Shown here one piece after another: positions 26,452 through 40,687 of a stretch of DNA of 64,000 nt. The notes under the pieces were generated by a model, which was not told the origin of the DNA, searched no databases, and saw only the letters and a list, made by a program, of their open reading frames with translations. The first letter of the stretch is position 1. The number at the start of each line of letters is the position of its first letter. The DNA is from Eledone cirrhosa. Lineage: Eukaryota. Location of the stretch: assembly GCA_964016885.1 (NCBI GenBank), contig OZ024743.1:18042001-18106000 (forward strand), in the 5' to 3' direction. The translations under genes and the position numbers were made by a program.

Positions 26452-29400
26452 ACTCTTTGAGTCTCAATCATTGATGTTAGTTAACTGGAAAGTTTGTTGA
26501 AATGAATATATAGCTGCTACCTGCAGCCTCAGATATTCAGGACGTATCGCAGGGTTCTTGCTGTTCCCAGCAAGCATGCCTTTTGAAGCGTTCCAAAAAG
26601 CGTGAAGGGGCCAATTTTCTTTAAGCATCCCTGGAAACTTTTTGAGATAGTCCCTAGTGCGCCTATGACAATCGGGATCATTTTGACTCATGGCAGTTCC
26701 AAATCCTTTTTACCTCCCACTTTAAGTCCTGGTATCGGTTAATTTTATCCCTCTCCTTCTCTTGCACTCTCGTGTCGAATGGGCAGGCCACATCCACAAT
26801 CAGGCACGATTTTTTTCTTTGTCCAAAACCACCAGGTCAGGTCTATTGTGTTCCAGTTTCTTGTCCGCCTGTATCCTAAAATCCCACAGCACCTTCACCT
26901 GATCGTTTTCTATCACCGCCTCTGGCTTATGCTCATACCACTTCTCAGAATGTGGTAAATTGTTTACTTTGCATAGGTGCCAGTCGATCACCCTGCCCAT
27001 CACATCATGTCTCCAGCCCTTATAGTGAGTCTGGGCTAGGTGTTTACACTCGGATACAATGTGAGCTACAGTCTCCTCCTTCACTCTCCACAGATCCTGC
27101 ACAGTGGGCTAGCCTCCACCTTGTAAGTATGGTGTTTCAACCACTTCGTTTTGAGGGCCTGCTCCTGCGCAGCCATTAACACTCCTTCTGTAGCCTTGTT
27201 AAGGTCTCCTCTTTTCAACCAGTTCCATGTCTCTGGATCTCTAAATTCAGTTTTCTCAAAGAAGGTACTATGAAGGGATTTTTCCTGAAGGCTGCTCTTC
27301 CTCCTTGATGTCATTTCCTCCTTGGACATCCCCTGGACTATTGTCCCCTCCTTCAGTACAGTTCTGAGCATTGGCTCCTTACTATCAGTCACGTATTTGT
27401 GTAGGTTGTTTTTCCCCATCTGAACACAGTCCTCTATGCTGATAAGACCTCTTTCACCTTCAAAACTCCTTAAGTAGAGTCTATCGACATCACTCCTCTT
27501 GTGGAACGTGTTGTAGATAGTCAATAGCTTCCGAGTCTTCCTATTCATTTTTTTTTGTTCAGCAACATTCCATCTCAGAATGCCCGCACTGTACCTAATA
27601 ATAGACACAGCTCGGGAATTTACTGCACTTATGGCATTCCTACTGTTCAGATGTGACTTTAATAAGCTCCTTACTCTCCGAATGTATTCAGTTCTTATCA
27701 ATTCCTTCATTTTTTTGTTCTTGATGTCATCACCTTCCAGAACACCCACATACTTGTATCCTTCTTCAGAGTCGATTTCCTTTATCATCTCACCTGTTAG
27801 TACCTGGATTCCGTTACTTCTGCTCAACTTACCCCTCTTCATCACTATATATTCCACACTTTCTAATACCAAATTGCATACATATATCACTGCTGAAAAT
27901 ACGGACAGAGTCAACAAGCACATCCAACTCCTTCTCACTCTTCCCGAAGAGCTTAAGATCGTCCATGAAGAGGAGGTGATTGATGGTAAGCCCTCCCTTT
28001 CCCGACTTGTATCCTGCTCTCACTTTTCGCAGTACACTGGTCAGGGGCATCAGGGCAAGGACAGACAACAGAGGGGACAGACTATCTCCCTGGAAGATAC
28101 CTCTCTTGATCTTTACGCTTTCCAAGGATTCTCCAGTTGATGTTAACTCTGTTTCCCAGGACTTCATACTTTTGCCCAACAACTGTCCGATGTTATCTGC
28201 CACTTTGAAGATCTCCAGGCTTTTGGTGATCCAAGAATGAGGCACCATGTCAAATGCCTTTTTGTAGTCTATCCATCCCATGGCAAGACCAGTGTGTCTC
28301 CTCTTGCAATTCCTCATTACCATCTTATCAATAAGTAACTGGTCCTTTGTACCACGTGACTCCTTTCGGCATCCTTTCTGTTCGTCCGGTAACAAGTTGT
28401 TTGTGTGGAGGTGATGGTAGATTTCCTCAGACATAATGCTTGTCAACAGTTTCCACAATACGAACAGACATGTGTTAGGTCTATAGTTGGTAACATCATT
28501 ACCCTTGATTCGGTCTTTCATTATCAGAACTGTGGTACCTTTTGTCAACCACTCTGGTACCTCACCTGACATCAAGCAGTCATTGAACATGGTTGTCAGT
28601 TTCGGGTTGAGGGATGTTCTATTTTTAATCCAATAGCCTTGCACTACATCTGGGACTTGTGATTTCCAGTTGGTTAGTTTTTTGGCCTGCCCCTTAAGAG
28701 TTTCAACTGTGATACTCAAATCAGTTTGTTGGTGTGCCTGTTCATTAATCTCATTCTGTACTGTCTCAATACACACTGCCTGGTCATTATGTTTAACATC
28801 CTGCTCCCATATTCCTCACCAGAATGATTTAGTTTGATCCGCCTCAGGGATCAAGTCGTTGCCTCTTTCTTTCCCTTCAAGCTGTCCAAACAGCATCTTT
28901 TGGTTTTTGTCGAACATGCGGTTCTGTCTCTACTGACTGACTCTGTTCTCGTATCGCCTGATGTTTGCACTCTTTGCTACAATGCGTTGCTTCAGTTCCT
29001 CTATGATAATATTTAGCTTTTTCCTCCTAGTTTTGTACTTTATTTCCAGTCTATTTTCAGTGTCCCATTCATTAGGGACTCAAGCTTTCCAATGTCATTT
29101 CTCATTTCCCTGATTTGACCACTCAGTCGTTTCTTCCACCAAGGATCTGCTCTTTCCTCTCGCTTTTATACCAAGTAGTTTACTCACCGTATTTCCTGTT
29201 GCTTTGAGGATATTGTTGCACTGGTGAAGGCTCCTCGCCTCAAGGCATGGGATAACTTTGTTTACCTTAGCTGTTGTTTCTTTTAACTTTTTCCTGTCTA
29301 TAAATCTTAGGTTCATAGGTCTCCCACTATCATTGTTCAATTAATCTACCACTAAGTTTAGGATATCAACCAAATCTTATCCTAGCCCGTCAGCATTCAT

Positions 29401-31380
29401 CTCCTCAGTAGCCGTATCTCTGTTTCAGGTATTACTTATCTCAGCATTCAGATCATTGTCTGCTTCGGGTGGTTCCTCCGTTCTCTCGACCTCTTCATCT
29501 TCATTTCCCACTGGCTCGTTTGTTTGGCATACTCCACTCTCCATCTCCAAACTAATTTCTCCGCTCATTCCTCCAGTTCCAGCTCGCTTATCTATCCATT
29601 AGTTCTTATTACCCGAGCCTGCCCGGCCAATTTTTGTTCATCTAATTTAAATAGACTAATCTCGTTCCAGATGTTATGCATCCGTTTCCTATAGCCTTTC
29701 TCCTTGGGGTTACTCTTCAGGTAACATTGCATAACAGTTCTATTCAATTATTTCGTCCAGTTGGTTCTGGTCCCTTTCCTTCTTCTTCAGCCTCCGACAC
29801 CAGCAGTATTTGGTTGACAGCCAGGTCCCTGCTGCTGAGCCAGGGAGCACCTATTGGGTGAGAGTCTGTCACATGACATTATAGTTTCCATTTCACCGTT
29901 ATTCGAACTGTTTAGGTTCGACATTTAAACACTCTTATCGAGGATTGGCGAATGTATGGTTACATAACCACCGGTGAATTCATCGGCTCCGGTGGTTTCG
30001 TCACTCCACGTGATTTTTGTGTGGCATTATCACGCTGTAGACGAACATAAATAAACAAACAAACAAACAGGCAAAAAAAAAACCAAAAATGAATAAGCAT
30101 AAGTTTCATTGTAATGTAGTGTTTGAATGTCTGACTTAGATTTTCCCTTCCCTTCTCTGTCTGTATGTTTGTTTTTCTCTTCGGTTTTATTTTCTTTACG
30201 TTTTTCGTTGTTGCTGTGCTGCTTTGATTTATATTTTTATTGTTTTTTATTTTCACCGGGTCATCAATTCAGTCTAGTTATATATTTTGATGCCTTCCTC
30301 TTTTAGTGGGGATTCTACAATGTAGCAGGGGGTAGCGGGAGTGAATAGCGGCAGTAGTGATAATGAGGCAGTGGTGGTAGTGGTGGTGGCGGTGCTGTGC
30401 TAGCAGCAACTAGCAGGAGGTAGTGGGAGAGAATAGCGGCGGTAGCGATAATGAGGCAGTGGTGATGGTGATGTGATCGTATTACTGTAGTGATGGTGTT
30501 GAAGTTGGAGTAGAAATAGCGGTTGAGTCGACTTGACCAGAGTTTTCATCGTGGTAGTGGTGGTGGTGTTGGTGGTGAAATTATCTTTAGTTATTTAGTC
30601 ATTTTGTCATTTTGTCAGTTTCCTCCTTTTCGACTCTAACATTCCTGATCCAAAATTAAATATTAATCTGTTTTATTAATATTGTCTAGTGATACCGCCA
30701 TCTTCCCCTTTCGTAAGTTAACAAAAGGTAATGGGGGTATAGCGGTGGTAGCAATGAAGGAGTGGTGGCGACGGTGATGGGATAGTGATAGTAATGATGG
30801 AATGGGCGGCGGCGGCGGTGACTGTAGTGATGGCGTTGTCGTTATTGAATTTTGTTGAATAGGCTGTATTTTTGTTTGATCGGTGAATCTATGGGGTTAG
30901 TCGCGTATATGTGTTGACATATTTTCTTAATATTGGATTTAACATTTTGTTAAAACTTGAGACAATAATAATAGTAATTATTATTATTATGCTGAGATTG
31001 GTGGTGGTGGTGGTGAAATTGCCGTTGTCTGGCTGTTGTGTTTAGTGTACACAGAGGGGTGATGGGGTAGATGGTGTATCTAGTTTGTGGTGTTGGTGAA
31101 ATTGCTGTTATTTGGCTGTTCTATATAATGGAGACAGAGGGGGTTTTCTTCCATTTATAACCATTTTCTTTTTTGAATATAAAATGTATAATACAAAATT
31201 GAATATTTGAGCGATATAACAATATATTATGAATCCGAATTTTTTGGGGACTTAAGCCGGATGCTTTACGTATCATTTGTAATAAGAATTGTTATTTCAC
31301 AATTGATTTAAATATGTTAAAAATCAAAACTTCCGGAACGATTTCACGACATTCAATCCACCATGTGCGTCTTCTTCCCC
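26452..31380 (-). mobile_element. R4/Dong-like family A, full length with ~1.5-kb 5' leader; ORF (26529-29891) disrupted
   Basis: Pieces with NYRP, EQKGC, WIDYKKAFD, GIFQGDSLSP, FMDDLKL, CCHC and RHD; flanked by (ATT)n. Confidence 0.92.
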
Positions 31381-31393
31381 ATTATTATTATTA

Positions 31394-31507
31394 TCTGGGT
31401 TCAAATCCCGCCCAGGTTGTCTTTGCCTTTCATCCTTACGGGGTCGATAAAATAAAGTACCAGTAATGCACTGGGTAATTGCTGGCCTTGTGCCTAAAGT
31501 AGAGACA
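31394..31507 (+). mobile_element. 5'-truncated SINE inserted in (ATT)n
   Basis: gggttcaaatcc box-B-like motif through ggccttgtgcctaaagtagagaca(ATT)n; matches 58130-58242. Confidence 0.82.
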
Positions 31508-31543
31508 ATTATTATTATTATTATTATTATCATTATTGTTATT

Positions 31544-33540
31544 ACTCTTTGAGTCTCAGTCATTGATGTTAGTTAACTGAAAAGTTTGTTGAGATGAATA
31601 TCAAGCCACTAGCTACAGCCTCAGATATTCAGGACGTATCGGAGGGTTCTTGCTGTTCCCAGCAACATGCTTTTGAAGCGTTCCAAAAAGTGTGAAGGGG
31701 CCAATTTCCTTTAACCATCCCTGGAAACTTATATTGGAAGTAAACATGTAACCATCCCTGGAAACATATTGGAAGTAAACATGTTGTTAAAACTAAAACT
31801 TGATTTTGATTATTGTTTTTTTTTTATTTTGACCGGGTCATCAATTCAGTCTATTTATATATTTCGATGTTTCCCTCTTTTAGTGAGAATTCTACAATGT
31901 AGTAGGGGGTAGCGGGAGAGAATAGCGGCGGTAGTGATATTGAGGAAGTGGCGGTGGTGGTGGTGGTGGCGGTGCTGTGCCAGCAGCGACTAGCAGGTGG
32001 TAGTGGGAGAGAGTAGCGGCGGTAACGATAATGAGGCAGTGGTGGTGGTAATGATGTGGTCGTATTACTGTAGTGATGGTGTTGAAGTTGGAGTAGAAAT
32101 TTGAGTCGACTTGATCAGAGTTTTCATCGTGGTAGTGTAGGTGGTATTGGTGGTGAAATTATCTTTAGTGAAATTATCATTAGTCGCGTATATGTGTTGA
32201 CATATTTTCATAATATTGGAATTAAACATTTTGTTAAAACTAAAACATGATTTCGATTTTTTTTTTTTTTTGATTTTGACCAGGTCATCAATTCACTCGA
32301 TTTATATATTTTGATGTTTTCCTCTTTTAGTGGGAATTCTACTTTGTAGCAGGGGGTAGCGGGAGAAAATAGCGGCGGTAGTGATATTGAGGCAGCGGCG
32401 GCGGTGGTGGTGGCGGTGCTGTGCTAGCAGCAACTAGCAGGAGGTAGTGGGATAGAGTAGCGTCGATAATGAGGCAGTGGTGGTGGTGATGATGTGATCG
32501 TATTGCTGTAGTGATGGTGTTGAAGTTGGAGTAGAAATTTGAGTCGACTTGATCAGAGTTTTCATCGTGGTAGTGTAGGTGGTATTGGTGGTGAAATTAT
32601 CTTTAGTGAAATTATCATTAGTCGCGTATATGTGTTGACATATTATCATTATATTGGAATTAAACATTTTGTTAAAATTAAACTTGATTTTGATTTTTTG
32701 TTTCTTTTGTTTTTTTTAATTTTGACCAGTTCATCAATTCAGTCAATTTATTTATTTGGATGTTTTCCTCTTTTAGCAGGGAGCAGCGAGAGAGAATAGC
32801 GGCGGTAGTGATATTGAGGCAGCGGCGTCGGAGGTGGTTGTGGCGGTGCTGTGCTAGAGAGCAAATAGCAGGAGGTAGTGGGAGAGAATAGCGGCGGTAG
32901 CGATAGTAAGGCAGCGGTGGTGGTGATGTTGTCGTATTACTGTAGTGGTGTTGTTGAAGTTGGAGTAGAAATTTGAGTCGACTTGACCAGGGTTTTCATC
33001 GTGGTAGTGGTGGTGGTATTGGTGGTGAAATTATCTTTAGTGAAATTATCGTTAGTCGCGTATAGGTGTTGACATATTTCCATAATATTGGAATTAAACA
33101 TTTTGTTAAAATTAAAACTTGAGGCAATAGTAATGGTAATTATTATTATTATGCTGAGATTGGTGGTGGTAGTGATGAAATTGCAGTTATCGGGCTGTTG
33201 TGTTTAGTGTACACAGAGGGGTGATGGGGTAGGTGGTGTATCTAGTTTCTGATGTTGGTGAAATTGCTGTTATTTGGCTGTTCTATATAGTGGAGACAGA
33301 GGGGTTTTCTCCCATTTATAACCATTTTCTTTTTTGAATATAAAATGTATAATACAAAATTGAATGTTTGAGCGATATAACAATATATTGTGGAACCGAA
33401 TTTTTTGGAACTCAAGCTGGATGTTTTATGCAACATTTCTACTAAGAATTGTTATTTCACAATTGATTTAAATATGTTAAAAAATCAAAACTTACGGAAG
33501 TGATTTCTCGACTTCTATCCAACATCTGTGTCTTCTTCTC
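31544..33540 (-). mobile_element. Bipartite non-autonomous derivative of Dong-like family A (5' leader fused to the last ~190 bp)
   Basis: 31544-31730 is the family A 3' end; 31731-33540 is leader sequence; no (ATT)n spacer at the junction; (ATT)n on both outer flanks. Confidence 0.75.
31766..33084. repeat. Three tandem ~440-bp units inside the leader
   Basis: atattggaa(g/t)taaacat recurs at ~31766, 32213, 32651 and 33085 with collinear GGT/GGC-rich blocks. Confidence 0.82.
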
Positions 33541-33572
33541 TTATTATTATTATTATTATTATTATTGTTGTT

Positions 33573-36500
33573 ATTCCTTGAATCTCAGTCATTGATGTTG
33601 GTTAACTGGAAAGTCCGTTGGAATGAATATCAAGCCACTACCTGCAGCCTCAGATATTTAGGACGTATCGGAGGGTTCTTGCTGTTCCAAGCAAGCATGC
33701 CTTTTGAAGCGTTCCAAAAAGCGTAACGGGGCCGATTTTCTTTAACCATCCCTGGAAACTGTTGGAGATAGTCCCCAGTGCGCCTATGACAATCGGGATC
33801 ACTTTGACTTCATGGCAGTTCCAAATTCTTTTCACCTCCCACTTTAGGTCCTGGTATCGGTTAATTTTCTCCCTCTCCTTCTCTTGCACTCTCGTGTCGA
33901 AAGGGCAGGCCACATCCACAATCAGACACGATCTTTTTTCTTTGTCCACAACCACCAGGTCAGGTCTATTGTGTTCCAGTTTCTTGTCCGTATGTATCCT
34001 AAAATGCCACAGCACCTTCACCTGATTGTTCTCCATCACCGCCTCTGGCCTATGCTCATACCATTTCTCAGAATGTGGTAAATTGTTTACTTTGCACAGG
34101 TGCCAGTGGATCACCCTGCCCATCACATCGTGTCTCCAGCCCTTATAGTGGGTCTGGGCTAGGTGTTTACACTCAGACACAATGTGAGCCACAGTCTCCT
34201 CTCTCTCTCTTCACAGATCCTGCACAGTGGGCTAGCCTCCTCCTTGTAAATATGGTGCTTCAACCACTTCGTTTTGAGGGCCTGCTCCTGCGCAGCCATT
34301 AGCATTCCTTCTGTAGCCTTTTTGAGGTCTCCTCTTCTCAACCAGTTCCATGTCTGTGGATCTCTAAATTCAGTTTTCTCAAAGAAGGTACTATGAAGGG
34401 ATTTTCCCTTAAGGCTGCTCTTCCTCCTTGATGTTATTTCCTCCTTGGACATCCCCTGGCCTACTGTCCCCTCCTTCAGTACAGTTCTGAGCATTGGCTC
34501 CTTACTATAGGTCATGTATTTTTATAGGTTGTTTTTCTCCATCTGAACACAGTCCTCTATGCTGATAAGACCTCTTCCACCCTCAGATCTCCTTAGGTAG
34601 AGTCTATCGACATCACTCCTCTTGTGGAACATGTTGTAGATAGTCAATAGCTTCCTAGTCTTCCTATCATTTCTTTTGGTTCAGCAACATTCCATCTCAG
34701 AATTCCCGCACTGTACCTAATAATAGACACAGCTCGGGAATTTACTGCGCTTATGGCATTTCTGCTGTTCAGATGTGAATTCAATACGCTCCTTACTATC
34801 CGAATGTATTAAGTTCTTAACAATTCCTTCATTTTTTTGTTCCTTATGCCATCAGCCTCCAGAACGCCCAAATACTTGTATCCTTCCTCAGAGTCAATTT
34901 CCTTTATCATCTCACCTGTTGGTATCTGGATCCCGTTACTTCTGCTCAACCCACCCCTCCTCATCACAATGACTCCACATTTACTAATACCAAACTGCAT
35001 ACATATATCACTGCTGAAAATACGGACAGTGTCAACAAGCACATCCAACTCCTTCTCACTTTTACCGAAGAGCTTAAGATCGTCCATGAAGAGGAGGTGA
35101 TTGATGGTAAGCTCTCCCTTTCCCAACTTGTATCCTGCTCTCACTTTTCGCAGCATAATGGTCAAAGGGCATCAGGGCAAGGACAAACAACAGAGGGGAC
35201 AGGCTATCTCCCTGGAAGATACCTCTCTTGATTTTCACGCTTCCCAAGGATACTCCAGTTGATGTCAACTCTGTCTCCCAGGACCCCATACTCCTGCCCA
35301 GCAATTGTCTGATGTTATCTGCCACCCTGAAGATCTCCAGGCTTTTGGTGATCCAAGAATGAGGCACCATATCAAATGCCTTTCTGTAGTCTATCCATCC
35401 CATAGCAAGATCAGTGTGTCTCCTCCTGCAATTCCCCATTACCATATTATCAATAAGTAACTGGTCCTTTGTACCACGCGACTTCTTTCGGCATCCTTTC
35501 TGTTCGTCCGGTAACAAGTTGTTTGTGTGGAGGTGATGGTAGATTTCCTCAGACACAATGCTCGTCAACAGTTTCCACATTACGGACAGACATGTGATAG
35601 GTCTATAGTTGGTAACATCATTACCCTTGATTCGGTCTTTCATTATCAGAACTGTGGTACCTTTTGTCAACCACTCTGGCACCTCACCCGACACCAAGCA
35701 GTCATTGAACATGGCCGTCAGCTTCGGGTGGAGGGATGTTAAATGTTTAATCCAATACCCCTGCACACCATCTGGGCCTGGTGATTTCCAGCTGGTTAGT
35801 TTTTTTTGGCCTGCCCCTTAAGAGTTTCAACTGTGATACTCAAATCAGTTTGTTGGTGTGCCTGCTCACCCATCTCCCTATGTACTGTCTCAATCCACCC
35901 TGCCTTGACATTATGTCTAACATCCTGCTCCCATATTCCTCTCCAGAATGTTTTAGTTTGCTCCGCCCCAGGGATCAAGTCGTTGCCTCTTTCTTTCCCT
36001 TCAAGCTGTCCAAACAGCATATTTTGGTTTTTGTCGAACATGCGGTTCTGTCTCTACTGACTCTGTTCTCGTATCGCCTGATGTTTGCACTCTTTGCTAC
36101 AATGCGTTGCTTCAGTTCCTCTATGATAATATTTAGCTTTTTCCTCCTAGTTTTGTACTTTATTTCCAGTCTATTTTCAGTGTCCCATTCATTAGGGACT
36201 CAAGCTTTCCAATGTCATTTCTCATTTCCCTGATTTGACCACTCAGTCGTTTCTTCCACCAAGGATCTGCTCTTTCCTCTCGCTTTTATACCAAGTAGTT
36301 TACTCACCGTATTTCCTGTTGCTTTGAGGATATTGTTGCACTGGTGAAGGCTCCTCGCCTCAAGGCATGGGATAACTTTGGTTACCTTAGCTGTTGTTTC
36401 TTTTAACTTTTTCCTGTCTATAAATCTTAGGTTCATAGGTCTCCCACTATCATTGTTCAATTAATCTACCACTAAGTTTAGGATATCAACCAAATCTTAT

Positions 36501-38500
36501 CCTAGCCCGTCAGCATTCATCTCCTCAGTAGCCGTATCTCTGTTTCAGGTATTATTTATCTCAGCATTCAGATCATTGTCTGCTTCGGGTGGTTCCTCCG
36601 TTCTCTCGACCTCTTCATCTTCATTTCCCACTGGCTCGTTTGTTTGGCATACTCCACTCTCCATCTCCAAACTAATTTCTCCGCTCATTCCTCCAGTTCC
36701 AGCTCGCTTATCTATCCATTAGTTCTTATTACCCGAGCCTGCCCGGCCAATTTTTGTTCATCTAATTTAAATAGACTAATCTCGTTCCAGATGTTATGCA
36801 TCCGTTTCCTATAGCCTTTCTCCTTGGGGTTACTCTTCAGGTAACATTGCATAACAGTTCTATTCAATTATTTCGTCCAGTTGGTTCTGGTCCCTTTCCT
36901 TCTTCTTCAGCCTCCGACACCAGCAGTATTTGGTTGACAGCCAGGTCCCTGCTGCTGAGCCAGGGAGCACCTATTGGGTGAGAGTCTGTCACATGACATT
37001 ATAGTTTCCATTTCACCGTTATTCGAACTGTTTAGGGTCGACATTTAAACACTCTTATCGAGGATTGGCGAATGTATGGTTACATAACCACCGGTGAATT
37101 CATCGGCTCCGGTGGTTTCGTCACTCCACGTGATTTTTGTGTGGCATTATCACGCTGTAGACGAACATAAATAAACAAACAAACAAACAGGCAAAAAAAA
37201 ACCCAAAAATGAATAAGCATAAGTTTCATTGTAATGTAGTGTTTGAATGTCTGACTTAGATTTTCCCTTCCCTTCTCTGTCTGTATGTTTGTTTTTCTCT
37301 TCGGTTTTATTTTCTTTACGTTTTTCGTTGTTGCTGTGCTACTTTGATTTTTATTTGTATTGTTTTTTATTTTCACCGGGTCATCAATTCAGTCTAGTTA
37401 TATATTTTGATGCCCTCCTCTTTTAGTGGGGATTCTACAATGTAGCAGGGGGTAGCGGGAGTGAATAGCGGCGGTAGTGATAATGAGGCAGTGGTGGTAG
37501 TGGTGGTGGCGGTGCTGTGCTAGCAGCAACTAGCAGGAGATAGCGGGAGAGAATAGCGGCGGTAGCGATAATGAGGCAGTGGTGATGGTGATGTGATCGT
37601 ATTACTGTAGTGATGGTGTTGAAGTTGGAGTAGAAATAGCGGTTGAGTCGACTTGACCAGAGTTTTCATCGTGGTAGTGGTGGTGGTGTTGGTGGTGAAA
37701 TTATCTTTAGTTATTTAGTCATTTTGTCATTTTGTCAGTTTCCTCCTTTTCGACTCTAACATTCCTGATCCAAAATTAAATATTAATCTGTTTTATTAAT
37801 ATTGTCTAGTGATACCGCCATCTTCCCCTTTCGTAAGTTAACAGAAGGTAATGGGGGGATAGCGGTGGTAGCAATGAAGGAGTGGTGGCGACGGTGATGG
37901 GATAGTGATAGTAATGATGGAATGGGCGGCGGCGGCGGTGACTGTAGTGATGGCGTTGTCGTTATTGAATTTTGTTGAATAGGCTGTATTTTTGTTTGAT
38001 CGGTGAATCTATGGCGTTAGTCGCGTATATGTGTTGACATATTTTCTTAATATTGGATTTAACATTTTGTTAAAACTTGAGACAATAATAATAGTAATTA
38101 TTATTATTATGCTGAGATTGGTGGTGGTGGTGGTGAAATTGCCGTTGTCTGGCTGTTGTGTTTAGTGTACACAGAGGGGTGATGGGGTAGGTGGTGTATC
38201 TAGTTTGTGGTGTTGGTGAAATTGCTGTTATTTGGTTGTTCTATATAAAGGAGACAGAGGGGGTTTTCTTCCATTTATAACCATTTTCTTTTTTGAATAT
38301 AAAATGTATAATACAAAATTGAATATTTGAGCGATATAACAATATATTATGAATCCGAATTTTTTGGGGACTTAAGCCGGATGCCTTACGTATCATTTGT
38401 AATAAGAATTGTTATTTCACAATTGATTTAAATATGTTAAAAATCAAAACTTCCGGAACGATTTCACGACATTCAATCCACCATGTGCGTCTTCTTCCCC
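33573..38500 (-). mobile_element. R4/Dong-like family A, full-length chimeric copy; ORF (33650-37011) disrupted
   Basis: 3' part matches the 40688 copy and 5' part matches the 26452 copy; RT and RLE motifs present. Confidence 0.9.
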
Positions 38501-38513
38501 ATTATTATTATTA

Positions 38514-38627
38514 TCTGAGTTCAAATCCCGCCCAGGTTGTCTTTGCCTTTCATCCTTACGGGGTCGATAAAATAAAGTACCAGTAATGCACTGGGTAATT
38601 GCTGGCCTTGTGCCTAAAGTAGAGACA
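38514..38627 (+). mobile_element. 5'-truncated SINE (duplicate of 31394-31507)
   Basis: Near-identical sequence at a 7120-bp offset. Confidence 0.82.
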
Positions 38628-38660
38628 ATTATTATTATTATTATTATCATTATTGTTATT

Positions 38661-40655
38661 ACTCTTTGAGTCTCAGTCATTGATGTTAGTTAACTGAAAA
38701 GTTTGTTGAGATGAATATCAAGCCACTACCTACAGCCTCAGATATTCAGGACATATCGGAGGGTTCTTGCTGTTCCCAGCAACATGCTTTTGAAGCGTTC
38801 CAAAAAGTGTGAAGGGGCCAATTTCCTTTAACCATCCCTGGAAACTTATATTGGAAGTAAACATGTAACCATCCCTGGAAACATATTGGAAGTAAACATG
38901 TTGTTAAAACTAAAACTTGATTTTGATTATTGTTTTTTTTTTATTTTGACCGGGTCATCAATTCAGTCTATTTATATATTTCGATGTTTCCCTCTTTTAG
39001 TGAGAATTCTACGATGTAGTAGGGGGTAGCGGGAGAGAATAGCGGCGGTAGTGATATTGAGGAAGTGGCGGTGGTGGTGGTGGTGGCGGTGCTGTGCCAG
39101 CAGCGACTAGCAGGAGGTAGTGGGAGAGAGTAGCGGCGGTAACGATAATGAGGCAGTGGTGGTAATGAAGTGGTCGTATTACTGTAGTGATGGTGTTGAA
39201 GTTGGAGTAGAAATTTGAGTCGACTTGATCAGAGTTTTCATCGTGGTAGTGGTGGTGGTATGGTGGTGAAATTATCTTTAGTGAAATTATCATTAGTCGC
39301 GTATATGTGTTGACATATTTTCATAATATTGGAATTAAACATTTTGTTAAAACTAAAACATGATTTCGATTTTTTTTTTTTTTTTGATTTTGACCAGGTC
39401 ATCAATTCACTCGATTTATATATTTTGATGTTTTCCTCTTTTAGTGGGAATTCTACTTTGTAGCAGGGGGTAGCGGGAGAAAATAGCGGCGGTAGTGATA
39501 TTGAGGCAGCGGCGGCGGTGGTGGTGGCGGTGCTGTGCTAGCAGCAACTAGCAGGAGGTAGTGGGATAGAGTAGCGTCGATAATGAGGCAGTGGTGGTGG
39601 TGATGATGTGATCGTATTGCTGTAGTGATGGTGTTGAAGTTGGAGTAGAAATTTGAGTCGACTTGATCAGAGTTTTCATCGTGGTAGTGTAGGTGGTATT
39701 GGTGGTGAAATTATCTTTAGTGAAATTATCATTAGTCGCGTATATGTGTTGACGTATTATCATTATATTGGAATTAAACATTTTGTTAAAACTAAAACTT
39801 GATTTTGATTTTTTGTTTTCTTTGTTTTTTTTAATTTTGACCAGTTCATCAATTCAGTCAATTTATTTATTTGGATGTTTTCCTCTTTTAGCAGGGAGCA
39901 GCGAGAGAGAATAGCGGCGGTAGTGATATTGAGGCAGCGGCGTCGGAGGTGGTTGTGGCGGTGCTGTGCTAGCAGCAAATAGCAGGAGGTAGTGGGAGAG
40001 AATAGCGGCGGTAGCGATAGTAAGGCAGCGGTGGTGGTGATGTTGTCGTATTACTGTAGTGGTGTTGTTGAAGTTGGAGTAGAAATTTGAGTCGACATGA
40101 CCAGGGTTTTCATCGTGGTAGTGGTGGTGGTATTGGTGGTGAAATTATCTTTAGTGAAATTATCGTTAGTCGCGTATAGGTGTTGACTTATTTCCATAAT
40201 ATTGGAATTAAACATTTTGTTAAAATTAAAAATTGAGGCAATAGTAATGGTAATTATTATTATTATGCTGAGATTGGTGGTGGTAGTGATGAAATTGCAG
40301 TTATCGGGCTGTTGTGTTTAGTGTACACAGAGGGGTGATGAGGTAGGTGGTGTATCTAGTTTCTGATGTTGGTGAAATTGCTGTTATTTGGCTGTTCTAT
40401 ATAGTGGAGACAGAGGGGTTTTCTCCCATTTATAACCATTTTCTTTTTTGAATATAAAATGTATAATACAAAATTGAATATTTGAGCGATATAACAATAT
40501 ATTGTGGATCCGAATTTTTTAGGAACTCAAGCTGGATGTTTTATGCAACATTTGTACTAAGAATTGTTATTTCACAATTGATTTAAATATGTTAAAAAAT
40601 CAAAACTTACGGAAGTGATTTCTCGACTTCTATCCACCATCTGTGTCTTCTTCTC
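38661..40655 (-). mobile_element. Bipartite non-autonomous Dong-A derivative (duplicate of 31544-33540)
   Basis: Same junction and same three ~440-bp units. Confidence 0.75.
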
Positions 40656-40687
40656 TTATTATTATTATTATTATTATTATTGTTGTT

